Shown here one piece after another: positions 55,730-64,000 of a stretch of 64,000 bases of DNA. Numbering within the stretch: the first letter of the stretch is position 1; each line of letters starts with the position of its first letter. The stretch comes from Pseudomonadota bacterium (lineage in GTDB: Bacteria > Pseudomonadota > Alphaproteobacteria > Rhizobiales > Hyphomicrobiaceae): positions 31,137 through 95,136 of the forward strand of contig JAEYPL010000031.1 in the NCBI GenBank assembly GCA_023410905.1, written 5' to 3'. A program made the translations under genes and the position numbers. The notes below the pieces were generated by a model. It was not told the origin of the DNA. It made no database searches and saw only the letters and a program-made list of their open reading frames with translations.

Positions 55730-57862
55730 CTAGCGCCCCTCGCGCCACCACGCGAGGGTCAGGAAGGCCAGGAGGGCCGCCAGGGCCAGGAGGCCCGTGA
55801 ACATCGGCGTGATGCGGACGCCACGCGTGACGTACGCCTCGCGGTCCTTGAGGCCCATCCAGCCCGAGCCGGCCAGAACGCGCGCGTTGGCGAGGAGCGA
55901 CACGCGAGGCACGTCGACAGCGGTAGTGCTGGCGCTCGAAAGTAGGCCGCCACCGCGCGTCCAGAACGTGCCGCCGCCGGTGGCATTGATGAGCGGGCGG
56001 AGCTTGGCGTCGGTCGCGGTGACCTCGCTCATTTCGCGGGCATCCTCGAGCCCGGCATGGGCGACCGCGGTCAGCACCCGGCGATCGGGTGGCGGACCAT
56101 TCGACTGCATTTTGTAGAGCCCGGGCTGACGCACATCGATGGTCGTGCGCCAGACGCCGTCGCTTGCCGGTTCGAGTTGGACCTCACTCGACTCGCCGCC
56201 CGGCGACTGCACGGTGACCGGGGGGACGCTCGTCTCCATCGAGCGTCGCTCGATCGTCAGCTTGAGGCCGCGCGCATCGGCGAGAAGGCGCTCCTCCTCG
56301 AGATCGGGCTCTTTCATGAGCCAGTGCGACGTACGCCGCAGGAGGTCGGTGTGCGGTCCGCCGCCGTCATAGCCGCGCGCCCAGAGCCAGGCATGGTCGG
56401 AGAGCATGAGCGCGACGCGACCGCGTCCGACGCGATCGAGCACGAGAAGTGGGCGCTCCTCGACGCCGCTCATGAGCGTGCGCCCGCGCGTGACATTTGT
56501 CTCGACCTGCCGGAACCAGCGGCCCCAGTCGGGTTCCTGATTGCCCTCGCGGACGCCCGGCAGATTGCGCGTGACGGGGTGCTTGTGACCTTCGGTGGTG
56601 ATGCGCGCCTTGAAGGGCTGCTCGATGACGCGGCCCGATGGCGCGGCCGGCAGGACGGGCGCGAGCGCGGTGCGATAGAGGCTCGCGTTCTGCGCATAGT
56701 CGTCGCCCGAGGCCACGAGCAGAGCGCCGCCGTTGGCAACATAACGCGCGATGTTGTCGTAGTAGATCGGCGGGAGAATGCCGCGGACCTGATAGCGGTC
56801 GAAGATGATGAGATCGAAGTTCGAGATCTTCTCCGAGAAGAGCTCGCGCGTCGGGAAGGCGATCAGCGAGAGCTGATGGATGGGCGTGCCGTCCTGCTTC
56901 TCCGGCGGGCGCAGAATGGTGAAGTGCACGAGATCGACGGCGGCGTCGGACTTGAGAAGATTGCGCCACACGCGTTCGCCCGCGTGCGGCTCACCCGACA
57001 CGAGGAGCACGCGCAGGTTTTCGCGCACACCCTCGGCGGCGATCACGACGCGGTTGTTGAGGTGCGTGAGTTCGCCGGGCACGGTGTCGAGTTCGATCTC
57101 GACGATGTTCTGCCCTGCTGTCGGGAAGGGCATGGCAACGCGCGTGCGCGCGTCGATTTCCGTGCGGATGGTCTCGTCAGGCCGGCCTTCGCGGCGCACG
57201 CGCAGATTGACCTGACGTCCGGCCTGGCCGCTCTTGCCGGTCTCGCGTACGGCGACCTCGATGTCACGTGCGGGGCCATTGACGATGCCAAATTTCGGCG
57301 CCGTGATGACCTCGATGCGGCGGTCGAACTCGTCCGGGCGTCCAGTGATAAGCGCGTGCACCGGCGCGTTGAAGCCGAGGGCAGCAACGGACGCAGGAAT
57401 GTCGTGCACCTGCCCGTCGGTGATCATGATGACGCCGGCAAGGCGGTCGGGCGCGATTTCGGCGAGCGCGCGATTCAGATCCGTGAAGAGGTGCGTTCCG
57501 GACGTGCGTTCGCCGGTCGGACGCGAGGCTTCGATCCACTTCACTTCGAGGCCCGGAAGACGCTTCAGCTTTTCGTCGAGATCGGCGCGGATGGCGGCCG
57601 TCTGCGCGGGCCGGCCGGCAATGGATTGGCTCGTGCTCTCGTCGACCAGGACGACGGCAATATTGGCGAGGCCCTCGCGCTCTTCCTGCCGGAATGATGG
57701 ATTGGCGAGTGCAGCGACGAGCGCCGCAAGTGCGAGTGCGCGGAGTGCCGCGCCGCGCGTGCGCCGGAAGAAGAGGACGCCGATGAGCGCGAGCGCAACG
57801 AGCCCCGCAGCCACCAGCACGGGCAGCGGCACCATCGGGGCAATGTCGATCGACCAGGTCAT
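55730..57862 (-). CDS. Conserved membrane protein (last gene of the MoxR/Bat-like operon; GATase1-like fold suspected)
   Basis: N-terminal TM helices (PLPVLVAAGLVALALIGVLFF, ALALAALVAALANP), a large periplasmic/extracytoplasmic body and a C-terminal TM helix. Its position matches the fourth gene of the RL3499-RL3502-type operon. Confidence 0.8.
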   Translation of the reverse strand: MTWSIDIAPMVPLPVLVAAGLVALALIGVLFFRRTRGAALRALALAALVAALANPSFRQEEREGLANIAVVLVDESTSQSIAGRPAQTAAIRADLDEKLKRLPGLEVKWIEASRPTGERTSGTHLFTDLNRALAEIAPDRLAGVIMITDGQVHDIPASVAALGFNAPVHALITGRPDEFDRRIEVITAPKFGIVNGPARDIEVAVRETGKSGQAGRQVNLRVRREGRPDETIRTEIDARTRVAMPFPTAGQNIVEIELDTVPGELTHLNNRVVIAAEGVRENLRVLLVSGEPHAGERVWRNLLKSDAAVDLVHFTILRPPEKQDGTPIHQLSLIAFPTRELFSEKISNFDLIIFDRYQVRGILPPIYYDNIARYVANGGALLVASGDDYAQNASLYRTALAPVLPAAPSGRVIEQPFKARITTEGHKHPVTRNLPGVREGNQEPDWGRWFRQVETNVTRGRTLMSGVEERPLLVLDRVGRGRVALMLSDHAWLWARGYDGGGPHTDLLRRTSHWLMKEPDLEEERLLADARGLKLTIERRSMETSVPPVTVQSPGGESSEVQLEPASDGVWRTTIDVRQPGLYKMQSNGPPPDRRVLTAVAHAGLEDAREMSEVTATDAKLRPLINATGGGTFWTRGGGLLSSASTTAVDVPRVSLLANARVLAGSGWMGLKDREAYVTRGVRITPMFTGLLALAALLAFLTLAWWREGR

Positions 57863-57906
57863 GCGAACTCGAGAACTCCGTCGTTATTGCCCCGCGCGTC
57901 GCGCAC

Positions 57907-60810
57907 TCACTGACCGAGCCGCTCGATAAGCGCTGGGGCGTGCACCTGATCGGCCTTGTAGTTACCGGTCAGTGCGTACATGGCGATGTTGATGCCGACG
58001 CGAATGGCCATCTCGCGCTGTTGCTCGCCGCCGGGAACGACGGGGAACATCGGCCGGTTCTGGCTATCGAGGGCCCAGGCCGCAGCGAGATCGTTCGGCG
58101 TCACGAGAATGCTGCTGACGCCGTCGGCGCGGCGAGCTTTGCGCGTGTCGTCGTCGGCGGATTCGGCACTGTCGGCCTCGACCCACATCTGCCCGCCGTC
58201 CCAGCGACCGGGGAAGGTGCGCAGAATGTAGAAGGCCTTGGTGAGAACGTGCGTCTCGGGCACAGGCTCGAGGCGTGGAAGGTCGAGCCTGCCGAGCAGG
58301 CGCTGCAACGGTGTGCCGCTCTCGCGGCCCATACCGATGCCGGTCGGAATGCCCGAGCCGAAGTCGCGGGTGTCGAAGATGATCATCCCGCCCTGCTTCA
58401 TGTAGGTATCGATCTTCGCGAGCGTCGCGTCGTTCAGCGGGTTCGCGTTGGTGAGCACCGGCCAGTACAGGATCGGGAAGAAGGCGATCTCGTCCGTCGA
58501 GACATTGACGCCGAAGGGCTCGCCCGGCTCGACCGAGGTCCGCGCGGCCAGATGGCGGCCGATGCCGACAAGGCCCGCGCGGCTTGCCTCGTCGGTCGCG
58601 CCATCGCCGGTCAGGACGTACGCGAAGGAGACCTTGCCAGTTGCCTGGATGGCGATCTGCAGATCGCGGCTAGACGGCATGGCGGCGCTCGGTGGCGCCT
58701 CGGGGCGGCGCTGGGCCTCGGCATGATGGCTCGTAAGCACGAGAGCGGCTGCGGTCGCGAGCAGCAGTACGGACGCTGTCGCTGCAGGACGCATCCCGGG
58801 GCGGCGCCTCAGCAGGCCCTGCAGCAACAACACGGCGATGATATCCGCGAAGATCAGCGCGAGAGCCGCCGAGAGCAGCCAGGGCTTGAGCGGCTCGGGG
58901 TTCGTGCCCTCGTATGTGCGCTGCTCGACATTGGCGGGCAGTGTCGGCAGTGGCCGAAGCTCGGTGCGCGGCGTGATGACATTGAGCGCGCGCGGGCTCG
59001 CGGCCGGACCGTAGTAGCCGGGTGGATGATCGAGCGAGGGCGTGGCCGTATCGATACTGCGGGCGGGGATCGCCTGCGCGGTCGGTGTCGGCGGGCGCAA
59101 GGTGCCGAAGCCGTCGAGTACCTGCGTCGGTGCCAGCACCTCGGCGGTCTCGGGTGTTGGAGCGCTGCGTGCTGTCGGCGCGGCCATGGTCTCGGCGCCG
59201 CCGACGGCAACGCCGCCGCTGACGCCGAGCGTTGCAATGCGCCGCAGCATCTCGACGAACAGGCCCGAGAGCGGCAGGTTCGACCAGTCCGAGTTTGCCG
59301 TGATGTGGAAGAGCACGATCTGTCCTTCGCCCATGCGGCGGGCAGTAACGAGCGGCGTGCCGTCGGCGAGGCGCGCCCACACGCTCACGTCATCCGTGAG
59401 GTAAGCCGGATCCGCGAGGATCTGCCGGTTCACGGCGACATCCTTCGGGATCGTAAGGCCTGCGAACAGGCTCGAATCTTCGAAGGGTGCGAGCGGCTGC
59501 GGCGTCGACCAGGACAGCGCGCCGCCGAGTGTGCGACCACCCATGCGCAGGCCCACCGGCAGCAGATTATCGCCGCCCTTTTCGAGGCGCGGGCCGGCGA
59601 AGCGCACGAGCACGCCGCCTTTGTTCACCCATTCTTCGACGCGCGTGCCGAGATCGCCCGCAATGGTACCAATATCGGCCATCACGAGAACCGAAGAGCG
59701 CTGATCGAAGGCGCTGGTCACCGCGCCCGCGAGATTGACGTCCTTCTGGCGGACCAGTTCGGCGAATGGTGCGAGTGCGCGCTCGATGTAGTAGAGCGGG
59801 GCGAGCAGCGGCTGCGCCTGTTCGCGGCTCTCACCGGAAATGAGGGCGATGCGATGCCAGCGCGAGCGGCTGTCGAGCAGATGCACGGCGCCGGCACTGC
59901 GTTCACCGGCAAGCTCGACGCGCGCGACCTGATTGCGCAATTCGAGCGGCAGATCGAAACGTGCCGTCGCACGGCGGCTGCCGGCTGGGATTTCGTACGA
60001 GGTCTCGGCGAGGCGCTGCCCGCGCGCGGAGAAGGCAAGCGCACTGCCATTGCGGCCGGCACCCTCGGCGCGAACGACGAAGGCTTCGAGCCGCCCATCA
60101 CGATCGAGGCCGGCACTGAGGCCGAGTGGTTCATCACCGGGACGGTTGCGGACCACCTGAAGCTGACCGCCGGTCGCGAGTTGGCTCAAGGCAGTCGCAA
60201 ATGCGCTCGTCTTGCCGTCATGATCGATACCGTCGCTGAGCCACACGACGTCGAGGCCCGACTGCCCCGCAAGCGTGCGCGCGAGTTGCTCGACGAGTTC
60301 TGCGCGCTGGGGCGCGAAGGGTTGCGGCTGGAGGGCGGCAGCGGTCGTGCGTGCTGCGCCTGGAGCTTCGATACGCAACGTCGTTGTCTTCGCGCCGGAG
60401 GCCGTCGGCGCGACGACGACGGGGCGGTTGGCGCTCTCGGCTTCCGAGATGAGCTGATCGACGAGGCGGGCGCGCTGCGCGAAATGCCCGCCGCTCGACC
60501 ATCCGTTGTCGACGACGAGAACGAGCGGGCCACTGCCGGAGAGACCGGCTTCGCGGTTCGGATTGAGCACGGGATCGGCGAGCGCGAAGATCACGAATGC
60601 CGCGGCGAGCATGCGGATCAGCGTCAGCCACCACGGCGTCTTGGCTGGCGTCTTGTCCTTGTTCTCGAGCCCGACGAGGATGCGCGTCGGCGGGAAGTTG
60701 ATCTGGCGCGGGCGCGGCGGCACGGTACGCAGCAGCCAGTAGATCACCGGCAGCGCGGCGAGCGCGGTCAGCAGCCACGGGCTTAGAAAGGCCAGAGCGC
60801 CGATGCTCAT
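57907..60810 (-). CDS. BatA-N-terminal (double-TM) + DUF4159 domain membrane protein
   Basis: N-terminus AFLSPWLLTALAALPVIYWLLRTVPPRPRQINFPPTRIL (aerotolerance-regulator N-terminal type). The C-terminal DUF4159-like region includes FAYVLTGD..FFPILYWPV..YMKQGGMIIFDTRD. 4-nt overlap with the DUF58 gene. Confidence 0.85.
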   Translation of the reverse strand: MSIGALAFLSPWLLTALAALPVIYWLLRTVPPRPRQINFPPTRILVGLENKDKTPAKTPWWLTLIRMLAAAFVIFALADPVLNPNREAGLSGSGPLVLVVDNGWSSGGHFAQRARLVDQLISEAESANRPVVVAPTASGAKTTTLRIEAPGAARTTAAALQPQPFAPQRAELVEQLARTLAGQSGLDVVWLSDGIDHDGKTSAFATALSQLATGGQLQVVRNRPGDEPLGLSAGLDRDGRLEAFVVRAEGAGRNGSALAFSARGQRLAETSYEIPAGSRRATARFDLPLELRNQVARVELAGERSAGAVHLLDSRSRWHRIALISGESREQAQPLLAPLYYIERALAPFAELVRQKDVNLAGAVTSAFDQRSSVLVMADIGTIAGDLGTRVEEWVNKGGVLVRFAGPRLEKGGDNLLPVGLRMGGRTLGGALSWSTPQPLAPFEDSSLFAGLTIPKDVAVNRQILADPAYLTDDVSVWARLADGTPLVTARRMGEGQIVLFHITANSDWSNLPLSGLFVEMLRRIATLGVSGGVAVGGAETMAAPTARSAPTPETAEVLAPTQVLDGFGTLRPPTPTAQAIPARSIDTATPSLDHPPGYYGPAASPRALNVITPRTELRPLPTLPANVEQRTYEGTNPEPLKPWLLSAALALIFADIIAVLLLQGLLRRRPGMRPAATASVLLLATAAALVLTSHHAEAQRRPEAPPSAAMPSSRDLQIAIQATGKVSFAYVLTGDGATDEASRAGLVGIGRHLAARTSVEPGEPFGVNVSTDEIAFFPILYWPVLTNANPLNDATLAKIDTYMKQGGMIIFDTRDFGSGIPTGIGMGRESGTPLQRLLGRLDLPRLEPVPETHVLTKAFYILRTFPGRWDGGQMWVEADSAESADDDTRKARRADGVSSILVTPNDLAAAWALDSQNRPMFPVVPGGEQQREMAIRVGINIAMYALTGNYKADQVHAPALIERLGQ

Positions 60811-61748
60811 GCCTGCCCTCCTGCTGCCGCCGTGGGCGCGCTCATGCGATAGCTGCCCGCCTGGCCGCCGAGGCGCATGATGAGGCTCAGCAGCAATTCG
60901 TGCGGCGGTCGATCCGTGTGATGGACGAGCAACGACCAGCCGAGGCGGCGCGCGATCTCGGCGAGGCCGTCACGGTGTTCGGCGAGGCGCTTGATGTAGT
61001 CCTCCCGCATGGTTTCGACACGATCAACGATCCAGCGCTCGCCCGCAACCTCAGGGCCGAGGAATTCAGCGCGCCCCTCGTAAGGCAAAGTCTCCTCCGC
61101 CGGGTCCATGACCTGCACGAGATGTCCGCTGACGCCGGCACCCGCCAGCTCTTCGAGGCGCGGCCCGAGGGTGTCGAGCGGATCGAGAAAGTCGCTGATG
61201 AGAATGGCACCCGAAAAGCGCGGCAGGCGAATCTTGGGCGGCAGGCTCGTGGTGAGCAGAGGTGACTTGATGTTCGTGAGGACGGTTTCGGCGATGACCG
61301 TGGCGGCCTTCCGGCTTGCGGTCGGACGGCCGAGGCCAAGCAGTGCCACGCGCTCGCCGCCGCGCACGAGCAACTCGGCGGCAGCCAGCATGAGCACGAT
61401 CGCGCGGTCGCGCTTTGTGACGGTCGCTAGCTCGCTGTTGAAATCCATCGAGGGCGAGAGATCGGGCCAGAGCCAGACCGTATGCGCGGCTTCCCACTCG
61501 CGCTCGCGCACGTACAACTGATCGGAGCTTGCCGAGCGGCGCCAGTCGATGAGCGTTGCCGCATCGGCGCCCTCGAACTGGCGAAACTGCCAGAAGGTCT
61601 CGCCGGGGCCGGCGCGACGACGGCCATGAATGCCATGCGCGACCGTGCTCGCGACGCGGTTCGTCTCGATCACGAGGTCCGGCAGGCGATCGGCGAGGCC
61701 GTGCGCCTCGAGCTCGAGCCGGCCGACAGCAGCCCGGGCCGGACTCAT
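60807..61748 (-). CDS. DUF58 (vWA-like) protein
   Basis: GIHGRRRAGPGETFWQFRQFEGADAATLIDWRRSA..LYVREREWE is a typical DUF58 signature. Confidence 0.9.
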   Translation of the reverse strand: MSPARAAVGRLELEAHGLADRLPDLVIETNRVASTVAHGIHGRRRAGPGETFWQFRQFEGADAATLIDWRRSASSDQLYVREREWEAAHTVWLWPDLSPSMDFNSELATVTKRDRAIVLMLAAAELLVRGGERVALLGLGRPTASRKAATVIAETVLTNIKSPLLTTSLPPKIRLPRFSGAILISDFLDPLDTLGPRLEELAGAGVSGHLVQVMDPAEETLPYEGRAEFLGPEVAGERWIVDRVETMREDYIKRLAEHRDGLAEIARRLGWSLLVHHTDRPPHELLLSLIMRLGGQAGSYRMSAPTAAAGGQA

Positions 61749-61851
61749 GCCGACCTCCTCGGGAACAATCTCGGCCGGGGTCGCATGGCGTGTGCGGTCT
61801 CCGCCAACAACAGGCTCGAAGGAGATGGGTATGGGGCGTCTATGGTTCGCC

Positions 61852-62850
61852 TCACGCGATGTTGGCGGCCAGACGGCCGATGACGGCGCCGATCTGATGC
61901 CCCTCGGCGCGAGCCGCGAAATTCAGGGCCATGCGATGCTTGAGAACGGGCTCGGCGAGCGCGACCACGTCGTCGACCGAGGGCGCCAGCCGGCCATCGA
62001 CCAGCGCCTTGGCGCGAACGGCGAGCATGAGTGCCTGCGATGCGCGCGGGCCGGGGCCCCAGGCGACGAACTTGTCGGTCTCGCTGTCGGCGCCTGTTCC
62101 GGGACGAGCCGTGCGCACGAGCGTCAGGATCGCATCGACAACCTTGTCCGGCACGGGGATTTGGCGCACGAGACGCTGGATGCTCATGAGCTCGGGGCCG
62201 GAGAGGATCGCCTCGAGGCGGCGCTCTTCAGTGCCAGTCGTGGAGAACAGCATGCGCCGCTCGGCGGCCGTGTCGGGATAGTCGACATCCACCTGCAGCA
62301 GGAAGCGATCGAGCTGTGCTTCGGGAAGCGGATACGTGCCTTCCTGCTCGAGCGGGTTCTGCGTCGCAAGCACGTGGAAAGGCGAGGGCACATCATGGCG
62401 CTGACCGGCGACAGTGACGTGATGCTCCTGCATGGCCTGGAGCAGCGCCGACTGCGTCTTCGGCGATGCCCGGTTGATCTCGTCCGCCATGAGGAGCTGC
62501 GTGAAGACCGGTCCGCGAATGAAGCGGAAGCTGCGCCGTCCGCCTTGAGCGTCTTCGAGCACTTCGGCGCCGATGATGTCGGAGGGCATGAGGTCCGGCG
62601 TGAACTGGATGCGCTTGGCATCGAGGCCGAGCACACGCCCGAGCGTCTCGACGAGAAGCGTCTTCGCCAGACCGGGCACGCCAATCAGCAGCGCGTGGCC
62701 GCCGGAAAGGATCGTCACGAGCGTCTGCTCAATGACCTTGTCCTGGCCGAAGATGACGGAGGCCGTGGCCTCGTGGACGCGCCGCACCCGCTCACCAGCG
62801 GCCTCGACGCGCGCGACGATGTTGTCCTGGGTATCGATTACTGTTGTCAT
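61852..62850 (-). CDS. MoxR-family AAA+ ATPase
   Basis: Walker A GVPGLAKT, Walker B LLMADEINRASPKTQSALL and the AAA_3/MoxR pattern. Confidence 0.95.
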   Translation of the reverse strand: MTTVIDTQDNIVARVEAAGERVRRVHEATASVIFGQDKVIEQTLVTILSGGHALLIGVPGLAKTLLVETLGRVLGLDAKRIQFTPDLMPSDIIGAEVLEDAQGGRRSFRFIRGPVFTQLLMADEINRASPKTQSALLQAMQEHHVTVAGQRHDVPSPFHVLATQNPLEQEGTYPLPEAQLDRFLLQVDVDYPDTAAERRMLFSTTGTEERRLEAILSGPELMSIQRLVRQIPVPDKVVDAILTLVRTARPGTGADSETDKFVAWGPGPRASQALMLAVRAKALVDGRLAPSVDDVVALAEPVLKHRMALNFAARAEGHQIGAVIGRLAANIA

Positions 62851-62998
62851 GGCGCGATTATACTGCCGTTTTTCTGAGGTTGCGAAATTTTGAGGCAGCG
62901 AAGATGTTCAGATTATGGAGCGCAGTGCCGATCAATTGAGCAGTCGGTCCAAATGAAACGCTTGGCATCGATCGCAAGGCCGCCGCGAAAGGCGCGGG

Positions 62999-63023
62999 GG
63001 AACCGGCAATATGCCGGGCCGTT
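62999..63023 (+). promoter_or_regulatory. Perfect GGAAC-N16-CGTT sigma-EcfG-type promoter motif
   Basis: GGAAC 62999-63003, a 16-nt spacer cggcaatatgccgggc, and CGTT 63020-23, 52 nt before ATG 63075 (DUF1285). Confidence 0.5.
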
Positions 63024-63074
63024 GGGATCGTATGGTGCCAAACGCGAACTGCGTCACGCAAGCAAGGTCGCCTC

Positions 63075-63698
63075 ATGAGTCCACACGATATGCAGGGCAG
63101 TCGCCGGGAAACAAGTCAGGTTGACGCAGGGCCAGCGGGGTCCGGGTCCGCAGAAGCGGCGCCGCTCGCGGGGCTGGAGGCCATGCTGCGCGCCCAGGAC
63201 AAGGATCGCCTGCCCCCGGTCGACAGCTGGAATCCCCCTTATTGCGGGGATATTGGCATGGCCATCGCGGCGGACGGGACGTGGTTCTACCAGGGGAGCC
63301 CGATCGGCCGGAAACCATTGGTGCGACTCTTCTCCCGTGTCCTGCGGCGCGATCCGGACGGCCGTCACTTTCTCGTGACCCCCGTCGAGAAAGTGGATGT
63401 CGCGGTCGCCGATGCCCCCTTTCTGGCGGTCGAGATGGAAGTCTCGGGGGAGGGGTGCGCGCAGGAGCTCATCTTCCGCACGAATGTGGACGATGTCGTG
63501 CGCTGCGGACCCGAGCACCCCATGCGATTTGCGCCGGAGGCGGGGACCGGCGGACTGAAGCCCTATGTCCTCGTCCGCGGCCGGCTCGAGGCTTTGGTGA
63601 CGCGCGCGCTCTACTATGACCTCGTGGAGATGGCCCTCGAGGACGATGCGGGCCGTCTCGGCGTGTGGAGCGGTGGCGCGTTCTTTCCCCTGACGTGA
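63075..63698 (+). CDS. DUF1285 domain protein
   Basis: ..PPVDSWNPPYCGDIGMAIAADGTWFYQGSPIGRKPLVRLFSRVLRRD.. is the DUF1285 pattern. The start may be further downstream. Confidence 0.85.
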   Translation: MSPHDMQGSRRETSQVDAGPAGSGSAEAAPLAGLEAMLRAQDKDRLPPVDSWNPPYCGDIGMAIAADGTWFYQGSPIGRKPLVRLFSRVLRRDPDGRHFLVTPVEKVDVAVADAPFLAVEMEVSGEGCAQELIFRTNVDDVVRCGPEHPMRFAPEAGTGGLKPYVLVRGRLEALVTRALYYDLVEMALEDDAGRLGVWSGGAFFPLT

Positions 63699-63833
63699 TG
63701 CGACTACCGCGACAGATCGAATTTTAGGCAGCGCCGTTGCCGGGCATATTTCGCTCTATCGATGGCCGCCGCCGGCATGGCACAACAGGCGCGTGGCAAA
63801 CCTCTTCCCAGCAGCCGGCGGCAAGAAAAAGAC

Positions 63834-64000
63834 ATGAGCACGAACCTTTCCATCAATCCCGACCGTCTCTGGCAGTGTCTCATGGCCTCGGCGGAGATCG
63901 GGCGTACGCCAGCCGGCGGAATTCGCCGCCTTACGCTCAGCGACGAGGACAAGGCCGTGCGCGACATGTTCGCTGGCTGGGTACGCGCGGATGGCTATGG
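63834..64000 (+). CDS. M20-family amidase (hydantoinase/carbamoylase / allantoate amidohydrolase type), 3'-truncated by the window edge
   Basis: MSTNLSINPDRLWQCLMASAEIGRTPAGGIRRLTLSDEDKAVRDMFAGWVRADGYG is a typical N-terminus of this family. Confidence 0.8.
   Translation, partial: MSTNLSINPDRLWQCLMASAEIGRTPAGGIRRLTLSDEDKAVRDMFAGWVRADGY

Noticed and set aside
57940-60786. Very long plus-strand ORF (948 aa) antisense to the BatA/DUF4159 gene. Similar cases are 56057..57697, 54019..54930, 61630..62877, 3225..4469, 19036..19923 and 22732..23538.
   Set aside because: These are Arg/Ala/Gly-rich low-complexity translations with no motifs, lying exactly antisense to genes that have clear family signatures. 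This is the usual stop-codon-poor antisense frame of high-GC DNA.
63704-63967. 87-aa minus-strand ORF.
   Set aside because: It is antisense to, and overlaps, the well-supported start of the M20 amidase gene, and it has no motif.
1-64000. CRISPR arrays, rRNA genes, toxin-antitoxin pairs, restriction-modification or other known defence modules, and intact prophage/ICE genes.
   Set aside because: None was recognised on either strand. There are no regularly spaced direct repeats and no integrase, recombinase or nuclease signatures apart from the decayed transposase fragment.

Overview
This is a 64-kb, high-GC, almost fully coding chromosomal segment. It looks alphaproteobacterial (Hyphomicrobiales/Rhizobiales-like), based on an HWE kinase, sigma-EcfG-type promoter motifs, a tRNA-His without G-1 and a MoxR operon of the RL3499-RL3502 type. 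Contents from left to right: (i) A signalling cluster (2-4831): a 5'-truncated poly-HAMP/GAF hybrid histidine kinase with three receiver domains, a receiver-HWE kinase and a stand-alone receiver. (ii) A ~3.6-kb decay zone (5.0-8.6 kb): a PotABCD-like ABC transporter with both permease genes frameshifted, its binding-protein gene cut by a 5'-truncated, frameshifted IS1182/IS5-like transposase remnant, and a frameshifted cupin-regulator remnant. (iii) A ~17-kb hydrolase/transport island (8.6-25.4 kb) bracketed by two inverted paralogous 'amidohydrolase + COG0523/CobW GTPase' modules. It contains a CocE/NonD hydrolase, a GlxA-type (DJ-1/PfpI + AraC) regulator, two divergent signal-peptide-less gamma-glutamyltransferase-family genes and an intact PotABCD-like transporter. 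It directly abuts soxBDAG (sarcosine oxidase) and divergent sdaA (25.4-32.2 kb). (iv) A stress-gene neighbourhood (32.9-50.5 kb): katE, a YdeP-like molybdoenzyme plus FNT channel, CinA/PncC, YihY, an SDR, a Zn-ADH, a PQQ-dependent sugar dehydrogenase plus pqqABCDE, a DUF296/Cys-rich small-protein operon, small membrane proteins and a GSP26-like PPOX protein. Here I find several GGAAC-N16-CGTT (general-stress sigma-EcfG type) promoter motifs, two of them arranged as dyad-symmetric bidirectional promoters. (v) tRNA-His (no G-1, A73) with an adjacent heptamer-repeat array and an orphan ORF. (vi) kup, purA, the conserved MoxR-DUF58-BatA/DUF4159-membrane protein operon, DUF1285 and the start of an M20 amidase. 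I saw no rRNA, CRISPR array, intact mobile element or recognisable defence system. The most novel-looking item is the duplicated amidohydrolase-COG0523 island next to sox, but its function is inference only. All family calls come from motif recognition by eye; no searches were run.
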